Positions 38,085 to 50,128 are shown, counted from the stretch's first letter. The stretch: 52,351 nucleotides of DNA from Alphaproteobacteria bacterium (GCA_028279895.1 JANQMY010000357.1:1-52351); one strand, 5' to 3'. The notes: generated by a model not told the origin, from the letters alone. Made by a program: numbers and translations.

Positions 38085-38882
38085 TTAGTCTTTGGTGTCC
38101 GCGTTCTTAGAGAACCGTTTGGCGACCACCGGAATAAGCGCCACAATGCCCAGCGCTGCAAAGGCAATGATGGTCTCGGTCGTCACCAAGTCTCCCGGCC
38201 CGATAGCGAAAGAGCAGGCGTCGCCGCCACCCTGCGCCACGCAGGCATCGTAATCAGCCCGCTTTTCCGCAATCACGCTGTCCAGACCGGCGCCCGCAAA
38301 AGCATAGGCAAAGGTACCCGGAATGATCCCGAAAAAAGTGCCGATGACATAGGTCCGCAGTTTCACGCCCAAGAATGCCGGCGCCACGTTCACCAGGAAG
38401 AAGGGGAACAGCGGTACCAAGCGCAGGAACAGAAGATAGCTCATCGCGTTTTCTTGGAAACCGCGGCGGAAGCTTTCGATGGACGGACCTGCCCGCTCCG
38501 CCAGCGTGTCGCCGAGCGACGTTTTGGCAATCAGAAAAATGATCGTGGCACCGATGGTTGCGGCGATCACCGCCAAGGGCGGCCCAAACCAGATCCCGAA
38601 GATGAAACCGCCCGACACGGTCAGAATGAGGCCGCCTGGCAGCGAAAGCGCCACGGCTGCGGCGTAGATCGCGATATAGGTCAGTGCCGCCAGCGCAAAA
38701 TTAGCCTCGACGAAATCCTTCAGGCGGTCTCGGTTGTCCGCCAGCACTTCGAATGAAAGGTAGCGATGCCACCCCATTGCAAAGGCGAGGATGACGAACC
38801 CTACCAAGATAATCAGTGGTAATAGTCTTTGGACGGAAAAACCGGGTTTTGCTTCCGCCTCTTCCACTTGTTGATTACTCAT
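38085..38882 (-). CDS. TVP38/TMEM64 (DedA/VTT) family membrane protein
   Basis: LSLPG..GGFIFG, LRLVPLFPFFLVN, GIIPGT. Confidence 0.9.
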   Translation of the reverse strand: MSNQQVEEAEAKPGFSVQRLLPLIILVGFVILAFAMGWHRYLSFEVLADNRDRLKDFVEANFALAALTYIAIYAAAVALSLPGGLILTVSGGFIFGIWFGPPLAVIAATIGATIIFLIAKTSLGDTLAERAGPSIESFRRGFQENAMSYLLFLRLVPLFPFFLVNVAPAFLGVKLRTYVIGTFFGIIPGTFAYAFAGAGLDSVIAEKRADYDACVAQGGGDACSFAIGPGDLVTTETIIAFAALGIVALIPVVAKRFSKNADTKD

Positions 38883-38950
38883 ACGAACCTCCTCCGCGGA
38901 TGGCGGCCGCAACGCCTCCTCCGCCCGCTTTAAAACGCTGCCGCCAATCG

Positions 38951-39802
38951 TCAGTCGGCGCCGTTCAAACTCCAATCATAGTCATATCCGCTGACGCGCG
39001 AGATCTTCTCAAGGTCGGCCTTAAGGTCGTCATCCGCATATTGGGCGAGATGGGCGATGATGCCGGCATCGTTATTGCCGAAATCTTCTTTGAACCAGGA
39101 ATATATGCTGGAGACCATCAGACGGCCATTTTCGACCCGGGCGCCCCGCGGGTGGTTCACATACGCAACGGCGCCCACATCCAACAGATCGTTCAAGTTT
39201 TCGGCCGTAAACGGTACCGGCTGCAAATTGGGGCACCCGATGGACGCACAATTCACGCCATAGTGCACCCGCGGGTCGTCCCAATGCACCCTCAGAATGC
39301 CGTGCTCCACATCGTCGAGCGACAGTTCCCGCCCTTCAACAGTGACCAGCTTCGCTTTCCAGGGACCGATGGCAAAGAAACCGGAAATACCGATGTTTCT
39401 GATCGATTTTACCGGATAGTGCTCGAGGATCACATCGATGGTCAGCGCATTATATAAGTTGAGCCAATAGGCATATTGCTCATCACGGTTCAAATCCGTC
39501 ACCGTCACCGCCTGCAGATCATCAAGGTAGTCCTTGAGTTTGCTGTGGTCGCTGTCGGTCACCGCACCGTAGCGAAAGCGGCTGATATCGTCCTCTCCTT
39601 CGACCAGGTAGGACGTCAGAAGTGCTGCCCACTTTGTGTGATCCACCATCACCGAACTGCTTTCATTCGAGTTCTTCCAATGACCGGCGTCGAACGCAAC
39701 GACGGGACCCGACAATACCATTAGGACCGCAACGGCCAGGGCAAACTGGAACATTGCAAGAACATGCCGCGTGCCGCGTCGAAATATGCGTATATCCGAC
39801 AT
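38951..39802 (-). CDS. DUF547 domain-containing exported protein
   Basis: AYWLNLYNALT, LSLDDVEHGILR, DPRVHYGVNCASIGCP. Confidence 0.9.
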   Translation of the reverse strand: MSDIRIFRRGTRHVLAMFQFALAVAVLMVLSGPVVAFDAGHWKNSNESSSVMVDHTKWAALLTSYLVEGEDDISRFRYGAVTDSDHSKLKDYLDDLQAVTVTDLNRDEQYAYWLNLYNALTIDVILEHYPVKSIRNIGISGFFAIGPWKAKLVTVEGRELSLDDVEHGILRVHWDDPRVHYGVNCASIGCPNLQPVPFTAENLNDLLDVGAVAYVNHPRGARVENGRLMVSSIYSWFKEDFGNNDAGIIAHLAQYADDDLKADLEKISRVSGYDYDWSLNGAD

Positions 39803-39973
39803 GTGCTCTACCTCCTCTGTTCCAGTGCAAGCGGGCAATCGCCGCCCCAACACCGGGTCCACCTGTCCGTGGGTCCTCAAGTATGGGCCGCGGGGCCTGA
39901 TGTCGACCTGCAGTCAAGGGAATGTGAAGCAGCGTGACCGGGGCAGGTATCCGCGTGCCCTCGGCCCCAATCG

Positions 39974-40002
39974 TTGACTTGGGACGGCGGACTGCGTATA
40001 CA
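39974..40002 (+). promoter_or_regulatory. sigma70 promoter of the rpmH operon
   Basis: TTGACT-17bp-TATACA. Confidence 0.65.
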
Positions 40003-40069
40003 CCGCGCTTGCATTTTCACCGGGCAAAAGACCTGCCCGAAAGGGCGCATCGCCTGAGGAGAATACGAC

Positions 40070-40204
40070 GTGAAACGGACCTTTCAACCCAGTAAACTGG
40101 TGCGCAAACGGCGCCATGGTTTCCGGGCGCGCATGGCGACGAAAGCCGGTCGGAGTGTGCTTGCGCGCCGCCGGGCTAAAGGACGCAAAAAGCTGAGCGC
40201 ATAA
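40070..40204 (+). CDS. rpmH: 50S ribosomal protein L34 (not in ORF track)
   Basis: GTG start after GAGGAG; [44 protein letters not shown]. Confidence 0.97.
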   Translation: MKRTFQPSKLVRKRRHGFRARMATKAGRSVLARRRAKGRKKLSA

Positions 40205-40260
40205 TCAGCAAAAAACACCCGCTCAGCCCCGATGTTTGCGGCCCGGTAAGGACCGCGGTC

Positions 40261-40701
40261 ATGAACGAATCCACCGAGCAACCGCAGCTTTCACGGAAGA
40301 CGCTCAGCCGCCTAAAAGTGCGGCGCGAATTTCTGCGGGCGGCAAAGGGCCGGAAATGGGGCACCACCAGCGCTGTCTTACAGGCAAATGCCACCATGAG
40401 CCGACAGACCGACGCCATGCGTATTGGGTTTACGGCCACGAAAAGGTTGGGCAATGCGGTCGTTCGCAACCGGGCTAAACGGCGACTGCGGGCGGCGGCG
40501 GCAGACGTTTTCCCGGAACTCGGGCGACCGGGCTTCGATTATGTGTTGATCGCCCGGCCCGGCGCATTGACGCAGCCCTACAAGCTCTTATTGGATGATA
40601 TAAGAGAAGCCCTTAAGAGGGTGCATCAAGATCGCAGATCAAAAGGACGCGGCAGGGCTTCCCAGAATGCCCGTCGCCGGGGTAAGACCGCACAGACATG
40701 A
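40261..40701 (+). CDS. rnpA: ribonuclease P protein component
   Basis: [24 protein letters not shown]; synteny. Confidence 0.95.
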   Translation: MNESTEQPQLSRKTLSRLKVRREFLRAAKGRKWGTTSAVLQANATMSRQTDAMRIGFTATKRLGNAVVRNRAKRRLRAAAADVFPELGRPGFDYVLIARPGALTQPYKLLLDDIREALKRVHQDRRSKGRGRASQNARRRGKTAQT

Positions 40702-41018
40702 ACGTTTGGCTTCAACAAGGGATCGTTCGATTGCTCCGGGGCATCATTTGGATGTACCGGGCGACGATTTCACCTTTTTTGCCGCCCGCCTGCCGCTTTG
40801 TCCCCACCTGTTCGGAATATGCCATGGAGGCGCTCGAGACACACGGGGCCGTGCGCGGCAGTTACCTGGCCCTGCGGCGCCTGTCACGGTGTCATCCCAT
40901 TAAGTTTCTTGGGGGCGCCTCCGGGTTCGACCCGGTGCCCGGAACCTCGACGTCACAGCCGTCCTGCGGCTGCACCCGTGATGGCTCCAAGACAGCCACC
41001 GACCACACGCACCTTTGA
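40698..41018 (+). CDS. yidD: membrane protein insertion efficiency factor
   Basis: [21 protein letters not shown]. Confidence 0.95.
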   Translation: MNVWLQQGIVRLLRGIIWMYRATISPFLPPACRFVPTCSEYAMEALETHGAVRGSYLALRRLSRCHPIKFLGGASGFDPVPGTSTSQPSCGCTRDGSKTATDHTHL

Positions 41019-41039
41019 GCTCAAGGACACGCAGCGTAC

Positions 41040-42947
41040 ATGCAAGACCAACGCAATTTTCTCGTCGCCGCCACGCTCTGCATCATGGTGTTCCTCGGCT
41101 GGCAGTTTCTTTACGCCATCCCGCAAATGGAACGCCAACAGGCGTTACAGGAAGCCGAAGCTCTCCGTCAGGCGGAGGCTGAAGAGTCCGTCAGCCAAAC
41201 CGACATCCCGGCGCCGGCGCAGACCAACCGGGCCGCCGACCTGGTGGAGGGATTGGCCCCGAATGCGCAGGTCCTACCGCGCGACGAAGCGCTGGCGCTG
41301 AGCCCTCGGGTCAGGATTGACTCGGCCACGGTAAACGGATCGATCGCTCTTCAGGGCGCCCTGTTCGACGACCTGCATCTGCTGCGCTATCGGGAAACGC
41401 TGGACGAAGACAGCGACATCATCACCCTGCTGTCTCCCTTGCAGTCGGCTGCCCCCTATTTTGCCAAGTTGAGTTGGCGCGGCACAGACGACGCGAACCT
41501 GGCGGTGCCCACGGACGAGACTGTGTGGTCGGTTCAAGGCAATTCGGTCCTGTCGCCCGGCGCCCCCGTCACATTGAGTTGGGAGAACGGGCAAGGCCTG
41601 ACCTTCGAGCGGGAAATCTCTCTGGACGAAGACTATTTGTTTACGGTCAAAGACCGCGTACTGAATGAGAGTGCCGCAGAGGTCACGCTTTATCCATATG
41701 CGATCATCAACCGCAAGGGCACGCCGGACATCACGGGCATTTGGATCCTGCACGAAGGTCTGATCGGGGTCTTCAACCAAACGCTGGAAACCTATGGTTA
41801 CCGGAGCTTGAGAGACGGCGAGTCGCTTAAGGAAGAAACCACCGGCGGGTGGCTGGGCATTACCGACAAATACTGGATGACGGCGCTCATCCCGGACCAA
41901 AACAAAACCTTTTTCGGCCGCTTCATCGAAAATGCCCGGGATCCGGGTGACAGCTATCAAGCCGATTTCGTGCAGAACGGGGTGACGATCGCGCCCGGCA
42001 CAACGACGGAAAACACGACGCTGTTCTTCGCCGGGGCCAAAAAGGTTTCGCTGATCGACAAATACCGGGGCCTCTACGACATCGACCGGTTTGACCTGGC
42101 GATCGATTGGGGGTGGTTCTATTTCATCACCAAGCCGCTGTTTTACATTCTCGACTGGTCCAACCAAGCGACCGGCAACTTCGGCGTCGCCATCTTGCTG
42201 CTGACCGTATTGATCAAGATCGCCTTCTTCCCGCTGGCAAACAAATCCTATGAAGCGATGAGTAAGATGAAGAAGCTCCAACCGGAGATGCTTCGGCTGC
42301 GCGATCGCTACAAGGACGACAAAGTCAAGCAGCAGCAAGAGCTGATGGAGCTCTACAAAAAGGAGAAGATCAATCCGTTAGCGGGCTGCCTGCCGGTCCT
42401 GATTCAGATCCCGGTTTTCTTTGCGCTTTACAAGGTGCTTTTCGTTACCATCGAAATGCGCCATGCCCCCTTCTTCGGCTGGATCCAGGATTTGGCGGCA
42501 CCCGACCCCACCTCCCTGTTCAACCTCTTCGGCCTCATCCCTATCGATCTGCCGCAAATCCTCATTGTCGGGATTTGGCCGATCATCATGGGCGTCACCA
42601 TGTTCCTGCAGACGAAGATGAACCCGGCGCCGAACGACCCGATGCAGGAAAAAATCTTCCTGTATATGCCGATCGTGTTCACCTTTGTGTTGGCCAGCTT
42701 CCCGGCGGGACTGGTGATCTATTGGGCATGGAACAACGTGCTGTCGATCATTCAGCAATACATCATTATGCGGCGCAGCGGCGTCGATCTGGAATGGGAG
42801 AAAAAGTTCGTCGGCTTCTTCACGCAATTCCAATCGTCGGGCGATAAATCAAAGGGCGAGCTTGCCACACCGACGGTAACGCCGCCGGACTCAAACGCCG
42901 CCGAGTCCGAAGAAGACAAACCCGCCAAGACGCCCCGTGCCGACTGA
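41040..42947 (+). CDS. yidC: membrane protein insertase
   Basis: IDWGWF, GCLPVLIQIPVFFALY, PAGLVIYW. Confidence 0.97.
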   Translation: MQDQRNFLVAATLCIMVFLGWQFLYAIPQMERQQALQEAEALRQAEAEESVSQTDIPAPAQTNRAADLVEGLAPNAQVLPRDEALALSPRVRIDSATVNGSIALQGALFDDLHLLRYRETLDEDSDIITLLSPLQSAAPYFAKLSWRGTDDANLAVPTDETVWSVQGNSVLSPGAPVTLSWENGQGLTFEREISLDEDYLFTVKDRVLNESAAEVTLYPYAIINRKGTPDITGIWILHEGLIGVFNQTLETYGYRSLRDGESLKEETTGGWLGITDKYWMTALIPDQNKTFFGRFIENARDPGDSYQADFVQNGVTIAPGTTTENTTLFFAGAKKVSLIDKYRGLYDIDRFDLAIDWGWFYFITKPLFYILDWSNQATGNFGVAILLLTVLIKIAFFPLANKSYEAMSKMKKLQPEMLRLRDRYKDDKVKQQQELMELYKKEKINPLAGCLPVLIQIPVFFALYKVLFVTIEMRHAPFFGWIQDLAAPDPTSLFNLFGLIPIDLPQILIVGIWPIIMGVTMFLQTKMNPAPNDPMQEKIFLYMPIVFTFVLASFPAGLVIYWAWNNVLSIIQQYIIMRRSGVDLEWEKKFVGFFTQFQSSGDKSKGELATPTVTPPDSNAAESEEDKPAKTPRAD

Positions 42948-43623
42948 CCAGGACGACCAACAGAAACGGCGCCTGGAAGCGGGGCGCCGCCTGTTCGCGC
43001 AGCCCTGCCAATTCCTGTTGAGTGCCGTTCGGGTGGACGATTTTCCGCCCCCCGATCTGCCGGAGTTCGCTTTTTGCGGGCGGTCCAATGTGGGCAAATC
43101 GAGCCTCATCAACGCGCTAACCGGGCACAAATCCCTTGCACGCACGTCCAACACACCGGGCCGCACCCAGCAAATCAATTTCTTCCAACTGGGAACCCAG
43201 TGCCGGCTGGTGGACCTGCCGGGCTATGGTTATGCCAAAGCATCGAAATCGAAGATCCATAGCTGGACAAAGCTGATCGATCTCTATTTGCGTGGCCGGC
43301 CCAATCTGCGGCGGGCCTGTATGCTGATCGATGCGCGCCACGGGCTGAAACCCGTCGACTTGGATATCATGTCCGCCCTGGATGTGGCCGCAGTGTCCTA
43401 TCAGATTGTGTTTACCAAGACAGATAAGATTAAGCCGCCGGAACTGGCCGCGCTGGAAGAACGCACCGGCACCGCATTGCGCAAGCACCCAGCCGCCTTC
43501 CCCACCACCATCGCCACATCCGCAACAAAGCAAACAGGCCTTGAACTGCTGCGGGCGGAATTGGCCCAAGTGGCAGAGTTCGACCCAATCGGCTATAACC
43601 CCCCTGACGCCAACGGCATGTAA
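42937..43623 (+). CDS. yihA: ribosome biogenesis GTPase YihA/YsxC
   Basis: GRSNVGKSS, DLPGYG, TKTD. Confidence 0.95.
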   Translation: MPTDQDDQQKRRLEAGRRLFAQPCQFLLSAVRVDDFPPPDLPEFAFCGRSNVGKSSLINALTGHKSLARTSNTPGRTQQINFFQLGTQCRLVDLPGYGYAKASKSKIHSWTKLIDLYLRGRPNLRRACMLIDARHGLKPVDLDIMSALDVAAVSYQIVFTKTDKIKPPELAALEERTGTALRKHPAAFPTTIATSATKQTGLELLRAELAQVAEFDPIGYNPPDANGM

Positions 43624-43668
43624 GTTTCCGATTGGTTACCCGCGCCTCTCTAACCGCAAAGTCATCCG

Positions 43669-44601
43669 ATGACGGACACAAAAGATAAAGACAACAAGAC
43701 TCAAAACCGCATGCCTCGGGAATGGCTTGCAACCGGACGCATACTGACGGAAGCCCTGCCCTTTATCCTGCGCTACGACGGCAAAACCGTGCTGATCAAA
43801 TATGGCGGCCATGCCATGGGCGACGCGCAGTTGGCAGAGGCATTTGCGCGGGACATCGTGCTGATCAAACAGGTGGGCCTTAACCCGATCGTGGTCCATG
43901 GCGGCGGCCCCCAGATCGCGAGCTTGCTTGACCGCCTGAAAATCACCTCGTCCTTCGTGGACGGATTGCGGGTGACCGATGCGGCCACGGTCGAAGTGGT
44001 GGAAATGGTGCTGTCGGGCACGATCAATAAGGGGCTGGTATCCGACATCAATCATGCCGGCGGCCAAGCCGTGGGGCTGTCGGGCAAGGACGGCAATCTG
44101 ATCATCGCGCGCAAACTGCAGCGCACGTCCAAGGACCCGAACTCCAACATCGAAAAAGTACTCGACCTGGGATTTGTGGGAGAGCCCCACGAGATTAACC
44201 CTCATGTGCTGGACACGATTTTGTCGTCGGACCTCATTCCGATTGTCGCCCCCATCGGCATCGGCGAGGCAGGCGAAACCTACAACATCAACGCCGACAC
44301 GGCGGCCGGCGCGGTTGCCGGCGCCATGGACGCCGCCCGCTTGATCATGCTGACGGACGTCACCGGCGTGCTGGACGAAAACGGCGAGCTCATTCCAAAG
44401 CTGACCGTAGCGGAAGCTCGCCAGCTCATCGAAAAAGGCACCATATCCGGCGGCATGATCCCCAAGATCGAAACCTGCATCGCCGCCATCGAAGCTGGCG
44501 TCGAAGGGGTGGCTATCCTGGATGGCCGGGTGCCCCACGCAGTTTTGCTGGAATTGTTTACCGATCGGGGGGCCGGCACCCTGATTCAGCGGGACCCGTA
44601 A
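43669..44601 (+). CDS. argB: acetylglutamate kinase
   Basis: [28 protein letters not shown]. Confidence 0.96.
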   Translation: MTDTKDKDNKTQNRMPREWLATGRILTEALPFILRYDGKTVLIKYGGHAMGDAQLAEAFARDIVLIKQVGLNPIVVHGGGPQIASLLDRLKITSSFVDGLRVTDAATVEVVEMVLSGTINKGLVSDINHAGGQAVGLSGKDGNLIIARKLQRTSKDPNSNIEKVLDLGFVGEPHEINPHVLDTILSSDLIPIVAPIGIGEAGETYNINADTAAGAVAGAMDAARLIMLTDVTGVLDENGELIPKLTVAEARQLIEKGTISGGMIPKIETCIAAIEAGVEGVAILDGRVPHAVLLELFTDRGAGTLIQRDP

Positions 44602-44712
44602 AAAGGGTTCTCGACGGACCCGATCCAGTTCTTGTAAATTGTCGTGAGATTGAGGATCGCATTGCCCCCCTCTTCCCTTCTGTATCACGCGTCGTTCAAG
44701 GCCAACGTTTCA

Positions 44713-45750
44713 ATGCCCGGATCAGAGTTCCTTAGAGTGATTTTGGCGCCCCGAAAGTTCAGCGCCCTTATTCTCGCCGTCTGTGCCGTGGCGTTTTCCG
44801 CCGCCGGCAGCTCGGACGCAAAAGCGGAATACCAATTCTGCAACAAGACCAGCTACATTTTGATGAGCGCGATCGGCTACCAAGATAAAGGCCGCTGGTA
44901 TTCCGAGGGATGGTGGCTGCTGCAACCGGGCCGCTGCGAAACGGTGCTCGCAGATCCGTTGGACAAAAAAACGTATTACACCTTTGCCCGGTCCGTTGCC
45001 GCACATAAAGGCGGCATCAAGTATTTCGCCGGCGCTCAACGGCTGTGTGTGGCGCCGGACAAGTTCCGCTTCGAAGGGCGGGACGACTGCGAGCGCCGCG
45101 GCGCCATTGAACGCCTATTCGCACGCATCGACATCGGCGACACGGATAAATGGACTACAAGCTTTACCGAAACATCGGACTTCACGCTGGAGCGCGCACG
45201 CATAGCCGGTGTGCAACGTCTGCTCACGGATCTCGGCTTTCGCCCCGGCCGCATTGACGGGTTGATGGGAAAGCGAACGCGTAACGGGATTTACAAGTTC
45301 AAAAGAGACCATGGCCTGAAGGTCAATCAGGAACTCACCGTGGAACTCTTTGATGCGTTGATGACGGAGGCCGGCAAGATCCAGGAAACCACCGGCTACA
45401 ATATGTGTAATCGCACAGAGCTTCTGGTTTGGGCCGCAATCGGCCGGCAAATCGAAGGCGATCTTGTCTCAACCGGTTGGTTCAGACTTGACCCGGACAC
45501 CTGCACCAAGGCCATCAAAGACAAACTGACCAACAATGTGTTCTACACCTATGCCGAAGCGCAAGGGACAGGCGGCAAGCGCGTTGCCTGGGGCGGTCCG
45601 CACGATATGTGCACCATGGACAATCGCTTTACCATTGTAGGCCGGGACGATTGCGAGAAGCGCGGCTTCAAGAAGACCGGCTTCGAGCGGATTGACACGG
45701 GCGCCAAATCCGGTTGGACACAGACCTTCACATTATCAGAAGAACACTAG
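44713..45750 (+). CDS. DUF1036 domain protein (two repeats) with central peptidoglycan-binding domain
   Basis: Two CN.T..AIG..GW..C repeats; VQRLLTDLGF..IDGLMGKRT..F; start uncertain. Confidence 0.8.
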   Translation: MPGSEFLRVILAPRKFSALILAVCAVAFSAAGSSDAKAEYQFCNKTSYILMSAIGYQDKGRWYSEGWWLLQPGRCETVLADPLDKKTYYTFARSVAAHKGGIKYFAGAQRLCVAPDKFRFEGRDDCERRGAIERLFARIDIGDTDKWTTSFTETSDFTLERARIAGVQRLLTDLGFRPGRIDGLMGKRTRNGIYKFKRDHGLKVNQELTVELFDALMTEAGKIQETTGYNMCNRTELLVWAAIGRQIEGDLVSTGWFRLDPDTCTKAIKDKLTNNVFYTYAEAQGTGGKRVAWGGPHDMCTMDNRFTIVGRDDCEKRGFKKTGFERIDTGAKSGWTQTFTLSEEH

Positions 45751-47030
45751 GCCTCGTCCGGCTCAACTCCATACATCTCCAAATGCAATTGGAGTTCTTC
45801 CTCCGTGAGCGGATAGTCCACACCGTCTTTCGCCGACAAGAGCTGCTCATGGTGGATCTTGGACATGTGTTGTTGCACGGCATAAGCGACGCGCATAGAT
45901 AACCCGGCCTTCCACACCAGCGCCGTGACCACTTTGGCGTTTTTCGACGCCACCATCCGGTCCACTAGGCCCAACGGCAGTTCCGACAGAGTTTCGAGAG
46001 CGAGCAACACCAATTCTTTGTTGTTTTCCTTGATCGCGTTGAGCACGTACTCATCGTTAAGCACAGCGTCGTCTTGCGCCTGATCCACACGATTCCTCAG
46101 CGCCTCGCGCTGGTCGAATTCATCGACGGACAACGTCTCCTTATCCAAACGTGCCCGCACACGCCGGCGCAAAAACGTCTTCACACCCGGTTCCAGATCG
46201 TGGCGCTCTTCAAGAGCGTTGATCAAGGACAGGCTTACAAAACCGGCGACCCGACGAATGGCGCGCATGGACAGCTCGGGCCGATGCGCCAACGGTCCGT
46301 GCCACGCATCGACCGTTTCCGCCTGATCGGCCAGGTCGTCGAGGGTTTCTTCGCTGATTTTCGCGCCCTCATTGGTCAAGAGGGCGGCGATCGCCGGGAC
46401 GTCTTTGGTCGCAACCACTGCATCCGACACGGTTTCGCTGACTTGCGGGCGGCACGCAATGGCCGTTACGGCGCCTGGCGTCGGCGCCGCCGATATAATT
46501 TCAAGAAGATCTTGATCGGATAGAAGTGGTGAATATTTAATAATTGGTATGCTGACAATTTCTTCGAGATCGAAAGCAAGCTTCCGAACGATGTGGTGCG
46601 GCAGGAGCGCCGAGTCCCTGATTTCTTCCGCCAGAATCTGACGCACACGCGCCAAGTGATCTTGTGCCAGCTTGGAAATGACCTCAATGGCCAAGTCTCG
46701 GGTCTTTTCCGTCTGCAATTCATTCAGGTGCGGGACCAACCGGGCGATTTTCGCCGCCAGCTCGTAACGCACATTCTCGTCCTCGTCGTCGGCCAAGATC
46801 AGGTTGGCTTGCTGCGGCGTGTTGGGATTCGCCGCCACCAGCGCGCGTATGTCGGCGGCGCCGTCCTCTGCCAGATAGTAAAGGATTTCTGGCTCTACCT
46901 CTTCGCGGCGCGCGAGTTCGCGCCGAATCTGGTTCGAATGGGACTCGAGCGCGTCCCGCGCTTCCTGATAGCTGAGCTTTTCCGGCAGGACGGTCCGGTC
47001 GCGGCGCCATGCGAAAATCTTATTCAGCAT
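45747..47030 (-). CDS. DUF2336 domain-containing protein
   Basis: KLAFD..V..P..YSPLLSDQDLLEII..AIACRPQVSETVSDA..LLTNEGA. Confidence 0.82.
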   Translation of the reverse strand: MLNKIFAWRRDRTVLPEKLSYQEARDALESHSNQIRRELARREEVEPEILYYLAEDGAADIRALVAANPNTPQQANLILADDEDENVRYELAAKIARLVPHLNELQTEKTRDLAIEVISKLAQDHLARVRQILAEEIRDSALLPHHIVRKLAFDLEEIVSIPIIKYSPLLSDQDLLEIISAAPTPGAVTAIACRPQVSETVSDAVVATKDVPAIAALLTNEGAKISEETLDDLADQAETVDAWHGPLAHRPELSMRAIRRVAGFVSLSLINALEERHDLEPGVKTFLRRRVRARLDKETLSVDEFDQREALRNRVDQAQDDAVLNDEYVLNAIKENNKELVLLALETLSELPLGLVDRMVASKNAKVVTALVWKAGLSMRVAYAVQQHMSKIHHEQLLSAKDGVDYPLTEEELQLHLEMYGVEPDEA

Positions 47031-47269
47031 AGGGGACCGCCATCATGTTGAGCGTGCTTAACATGGCATTCACCATGCCTCCGCTGGTCGTCAGTAAGCC
47101 GAACGTTTCAGCGCCAAATGACGCAGTTCCGCGCCCTGTTTTTTTACATCGCGGCCATTAAATAGCCGTTAAACCTATTAAAAAGCCTTGGATAGAACGG
47201 CTTTGGCGGCGCTTGCGTTTCCTGGAAAACGGCGCCACATTCAGGCCGGTAAGCTAGAGGACACAACAC

Positions 47270-47980
47270 GTGGCAAAGAGTTCGGGCGGTTTTGATCATG
47301 TAGATGCGTGGGTCTTTGACCTCGACAACACGCTTTATCCGTCCGAATGCGATCTCTTTGCGCAGATCGACATTCGTATGAGCGAGTTTGTGGCCCGGTT
47401 TCTGGATGTCGACTTACAGGAAGCGCGGCGCATTCAGAAACAATATTACTACGATCACGGGACGACCTTGTCGGGGTTGATGAAGTTGCATGGGCTCACC
47501 CCGGACGAGTTTCTCGACTATGTGCACGACATCGACTTGTCGCCCGTGCCGCCCAATCCGCAACTCAACAGCGAGTTGGACGAACTGCCGGGGCGCAAAG
47601 TGGTTTTCACCAACGGGTCGAAAACCCACGCCGAAAACGTTCTGAGCCATCTGAACATCACCCATCATTTCGACGCGATCATCGATATCGCCGCATCGTC
47701 TTTTATTCCCAAGCCGCAGCCGGAAGCATTTCAGCTTTTCTTAGATCAAGCGGCGCTGGACCCGACGCGGGCGGCCATGTTCGACGATTTGCATAGCAAT
47801 CTGGTGGAAGCCAAAAATCTGGGCATGACCACGGTGTGGCTCAAGACCCACAGGGATTGGTCAAACGGCCGCCACCCGGACGGTGGTGACACGCCCTCTC
47901 ACGTGGACCACGCCACCGACGATTTGACGGTGTTTCTGGGCCAACTCAATGGCCGGCGTCCCGGATACCGCTCCAGATAG
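47270..47980 (+). CDS. pyrimidine 5'-nucleotidase (HAD)
   Basis: WVFDLDNTLYP, HGTTLSGL, FTNG, KP, MFDD..NL. Confidence 0.9.
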   Translation: MAKSSGGFDHVDAWVFDLDNTLYPSECDLFAQIDIRMSEFVARFLDVDLQEARRIQKQYYYDHGTTLSGLMKLHGLTPDEFLDYVHDIDLSPVPPNPQLNSELDELPGRKVVFTNGSKTHAENVLSHLNITHHFDAIIDIAASSFIPKPQPEAFQLFLDQAALDPTRAAMFDDLHSNLVEAKNLGMTTVWLKTHRDWSNGRHPDGGDTPSHVDHATDDLTVFLGQLNGRRPGYRSR

Positions 47981-48055
47981 CGCCAGATTGCAGTTGACTG
48001 CCCCTTGACCGCTTGTATGGTGCGGCCCCGAACCCTTAATCGCTAGGAATGTTTT

Positions 48056-48883
48056 ATGACGACTGCTCTGGAAACCGCCATCGAATCCGCATGGGAAAAC
48101 CGCGACGACATTTCATCGTCGACCCAGGGAGAGGTGCGCGACGCGGTCGTCGAAACGCTCAACTCCCTCGATGACGGATCCTTGCGTGTCGCCGAAAAAC
48201 AAGGCGCCGACTGGCATGTGAACCAGTGGGCGAAGAAAGCCGTGCTGCTCTCGTTCCGCCTGAACGACATGGCCGCCATTGAAGGCGGGCCGGGTGCCAA
48301 CACCACCTGGTTCGACAAGGTGCCTTCCAAGTTTGAGGGATGGGGCGAAAATCGATTCCGCGCCGCCGGCTTCCGCGCGGTGCCGGGCGCCATCGTTCGC
48401 CACTCGGCACACATCGCCAAAGGCGTTGTCCTGATGCCGAGTTTCGTCAATCTCGGTGCCTATGTGGACGAAGGCACCATGGTCGACACTTGGGCGACCG
48501 TCGGTTCTTGCGCGCAGATCGGCAAGGACTGCCACATTTCCGGCGGCGCAGGCATTGGCGGCGTGCTGGAACCGCTGCAAGCCAATCCGGTGATCATTGA
48601 AGACAATTGCTTTATCGGCGCCCGCTCGGAAGTGGCGGAGGGCGTGATCGTCGGCGAAGGCAGCGTGCTGTCGATGGGGGTTTATCTCGGCGCGTCCACG
48701 AAGATTGTCGATCGTGCATCGGGTGAAGTGCATTACGGCCGCGTGCCACCCTATTCCGTGGTGGTGCCCGGGTCTTTGCCGGGGGACGCAGGAAAACCCG
48801 CGCTCTATTGCGCCGTGATCGTCAAAACCGTGGACGAGCGCACACGGTCGAAAACCTCGATCAACGAATTGCTGAGAGACTGA
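48056..48883 (+). CDS. dapD: tetrahydrodipicolinate N-succinyltransferase
   Basis: [42 protein letters not shown]. Confidence 0.97.
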   Translation: MTTALETAIESAWENRDDISSSTQGEVRDAVVETLNSLDDGSLRVAEKQGADWHVNQWAKKAVLLSFRLNDMAAIEGGPGANTTWFDKVPSKFEGWGENRFRAAGFRAVPGAIVRHSAHIAKGVVLMPSFVNLGAYVDEGTMVDTWATVGSCAQIGKDCHISGGAGIGGVLEPLQANPVIIEDNCFIGARSEVAEGVIVGEGSVLSMGVYLGASTKIVDRASGEVHYGRVPPYSVVVPGSLPGDAGKPALYCAVIVKTVDERTRSKTSINELLRD

Positions 48884-48936
48884 ATCCAAACAAGGGATCG
48901 GCATCCCGTTTCCCGAAAGAAAACTGAACCAGCCAT

Positions 48937-50100
48937 ATGGCGCCCCGTGATCCGCATTCTCTGACAGACCCGCTGCCCCTCGCAACGGACCTTATTCGGT
49001 GTCCAAGCATAACGCCCGCCGATGCCGGCGCGTTGGATGTATTGCAATCGGCTTTGAGCGCACTTGGCTTCACCTGCAACCGCCTGCCCTTCGGGGAGGT
49101 AGATAATCTGTATGCGCGGCTCGGCAGCAAGTCGCCGGCGCTCTGTTTTGCGGGGCATACCGACGTTGTACCGATCGGCGATGCAGCGGGCTGGAGCGTA
49201 GACCCGTTCGAAGCCAAAGTGGAAAACGGCCTGCTGATCGGACGTGGCGCGGCCGATATGAAAAGCGCCATCGCCGCTTTCGTGGCGGCAACAGCGCGTT
49301 ACCTTGCCGACCATGATGTAACGAAGGCGGGATCTATCGCCTTGCTCATCACCGGCGATGAAGAAGGCCCGGCCACGAACGGCACCGTCAAAGTCCTCGA
49401 CTGGATGGCCAAGCAGGGCGAACAACTGGACCACTGCCTGGTGGGCGAACCGACCAATCCGCTGGAATTCGGCGACATGATCAAGATCGGCCGCCGCGGC
49501 AGCTTCAACGGCGTGTTGACGGTGCATGGCACGCAAGGTCATGTGGCCTATCCCCATTTGGCCGACAACCCCGTGCCGAGGTTGGTTGATGTCCTCTCGG
49601 TACTGAGCGAAAAAGTGCTGGATGACGGCACGCCGCATTTTCAACCGTCGAACCTGGAAGTCACCAGTGTCGATGTGGGCAATGCCGCCACAAATGTGAT
49701 TCCAGCCAGCGCGGTCGCGCGCTTTAACGTCCGGTTCAACGATTTGCACACCCCGGCCTCGCTGGAAAGCTGGATCCGCGAGGTCTGCGACGCCAAAGCG
49801 GGCCAGTACGATCTGACCTGCGCATCCTCTGGCGACGCCTTTGTCACGGAGCCTGGCATGTTCACGGATCTAATCGTCCGGGCCGTGCAGGATGTAACCG
49901 GTAAGACCCCCGAACTGTCCACCAGCGGCGGCACATCGGATGCACGCTTCATCAAGAACCATTGCGCCGTCGCCGAATTCGGATTGGTGGGCAAGACCAT
50001 GCACAAGATCGACGAAGAATGCCGGTTAGAGGACATGGAGGCCGTGACGCAGGTCTATCTCAAAGTTATTGAAGGCTATTTCAGTCAGGCCGGAGCCTAG
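48937..50100 (+). CDS. dapE: succinyl-diaminopimelate desuccinylase
   Basis: [42 protein letters not shown]. Confidence 0.96.
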   Translation: MAPRDPHSLTDPLPLATDLIRCPSITPADAGALDVLQSALSALGFTCNRLPFGEVDNLYARLGSKSPALCFAGHTDVVPIGDAAGWSVDPFEAKVENGLLIGRGAADMKSAIAAFVAATARYLADHDVTKAGSIALLITGDEEGPATNGTVKVLDWMAKQGEQLDHCLVGEPTNPLEFGDMIKIGRRGSFNGVLTVHGTQGHVAYPHLADNPVPRLVDVLSVLSEKVLDDGTPHFQPSNLEVTSVDVGNAATNVIPASAVARFNVRFNDLHTPASLESWIREVCDAKAGQYDLTCASSGDAFVTEPGMFTDLIVRAVQDVTGKTPELSTSGGTSDARFIKNHCAVAEFGLVGKTMHKIDEECRLEDMEAVTQVYLKVIEGYFSQAGA

Positions 50101-50128
50101 CCACATGGGCGCGCGGGAAAGCTGAACC

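Noticed and set aside
39900-40070. Replication origin next to rpmH
   Set aside because: No dnaA gene and no evident cluster of DnaA boxes here.
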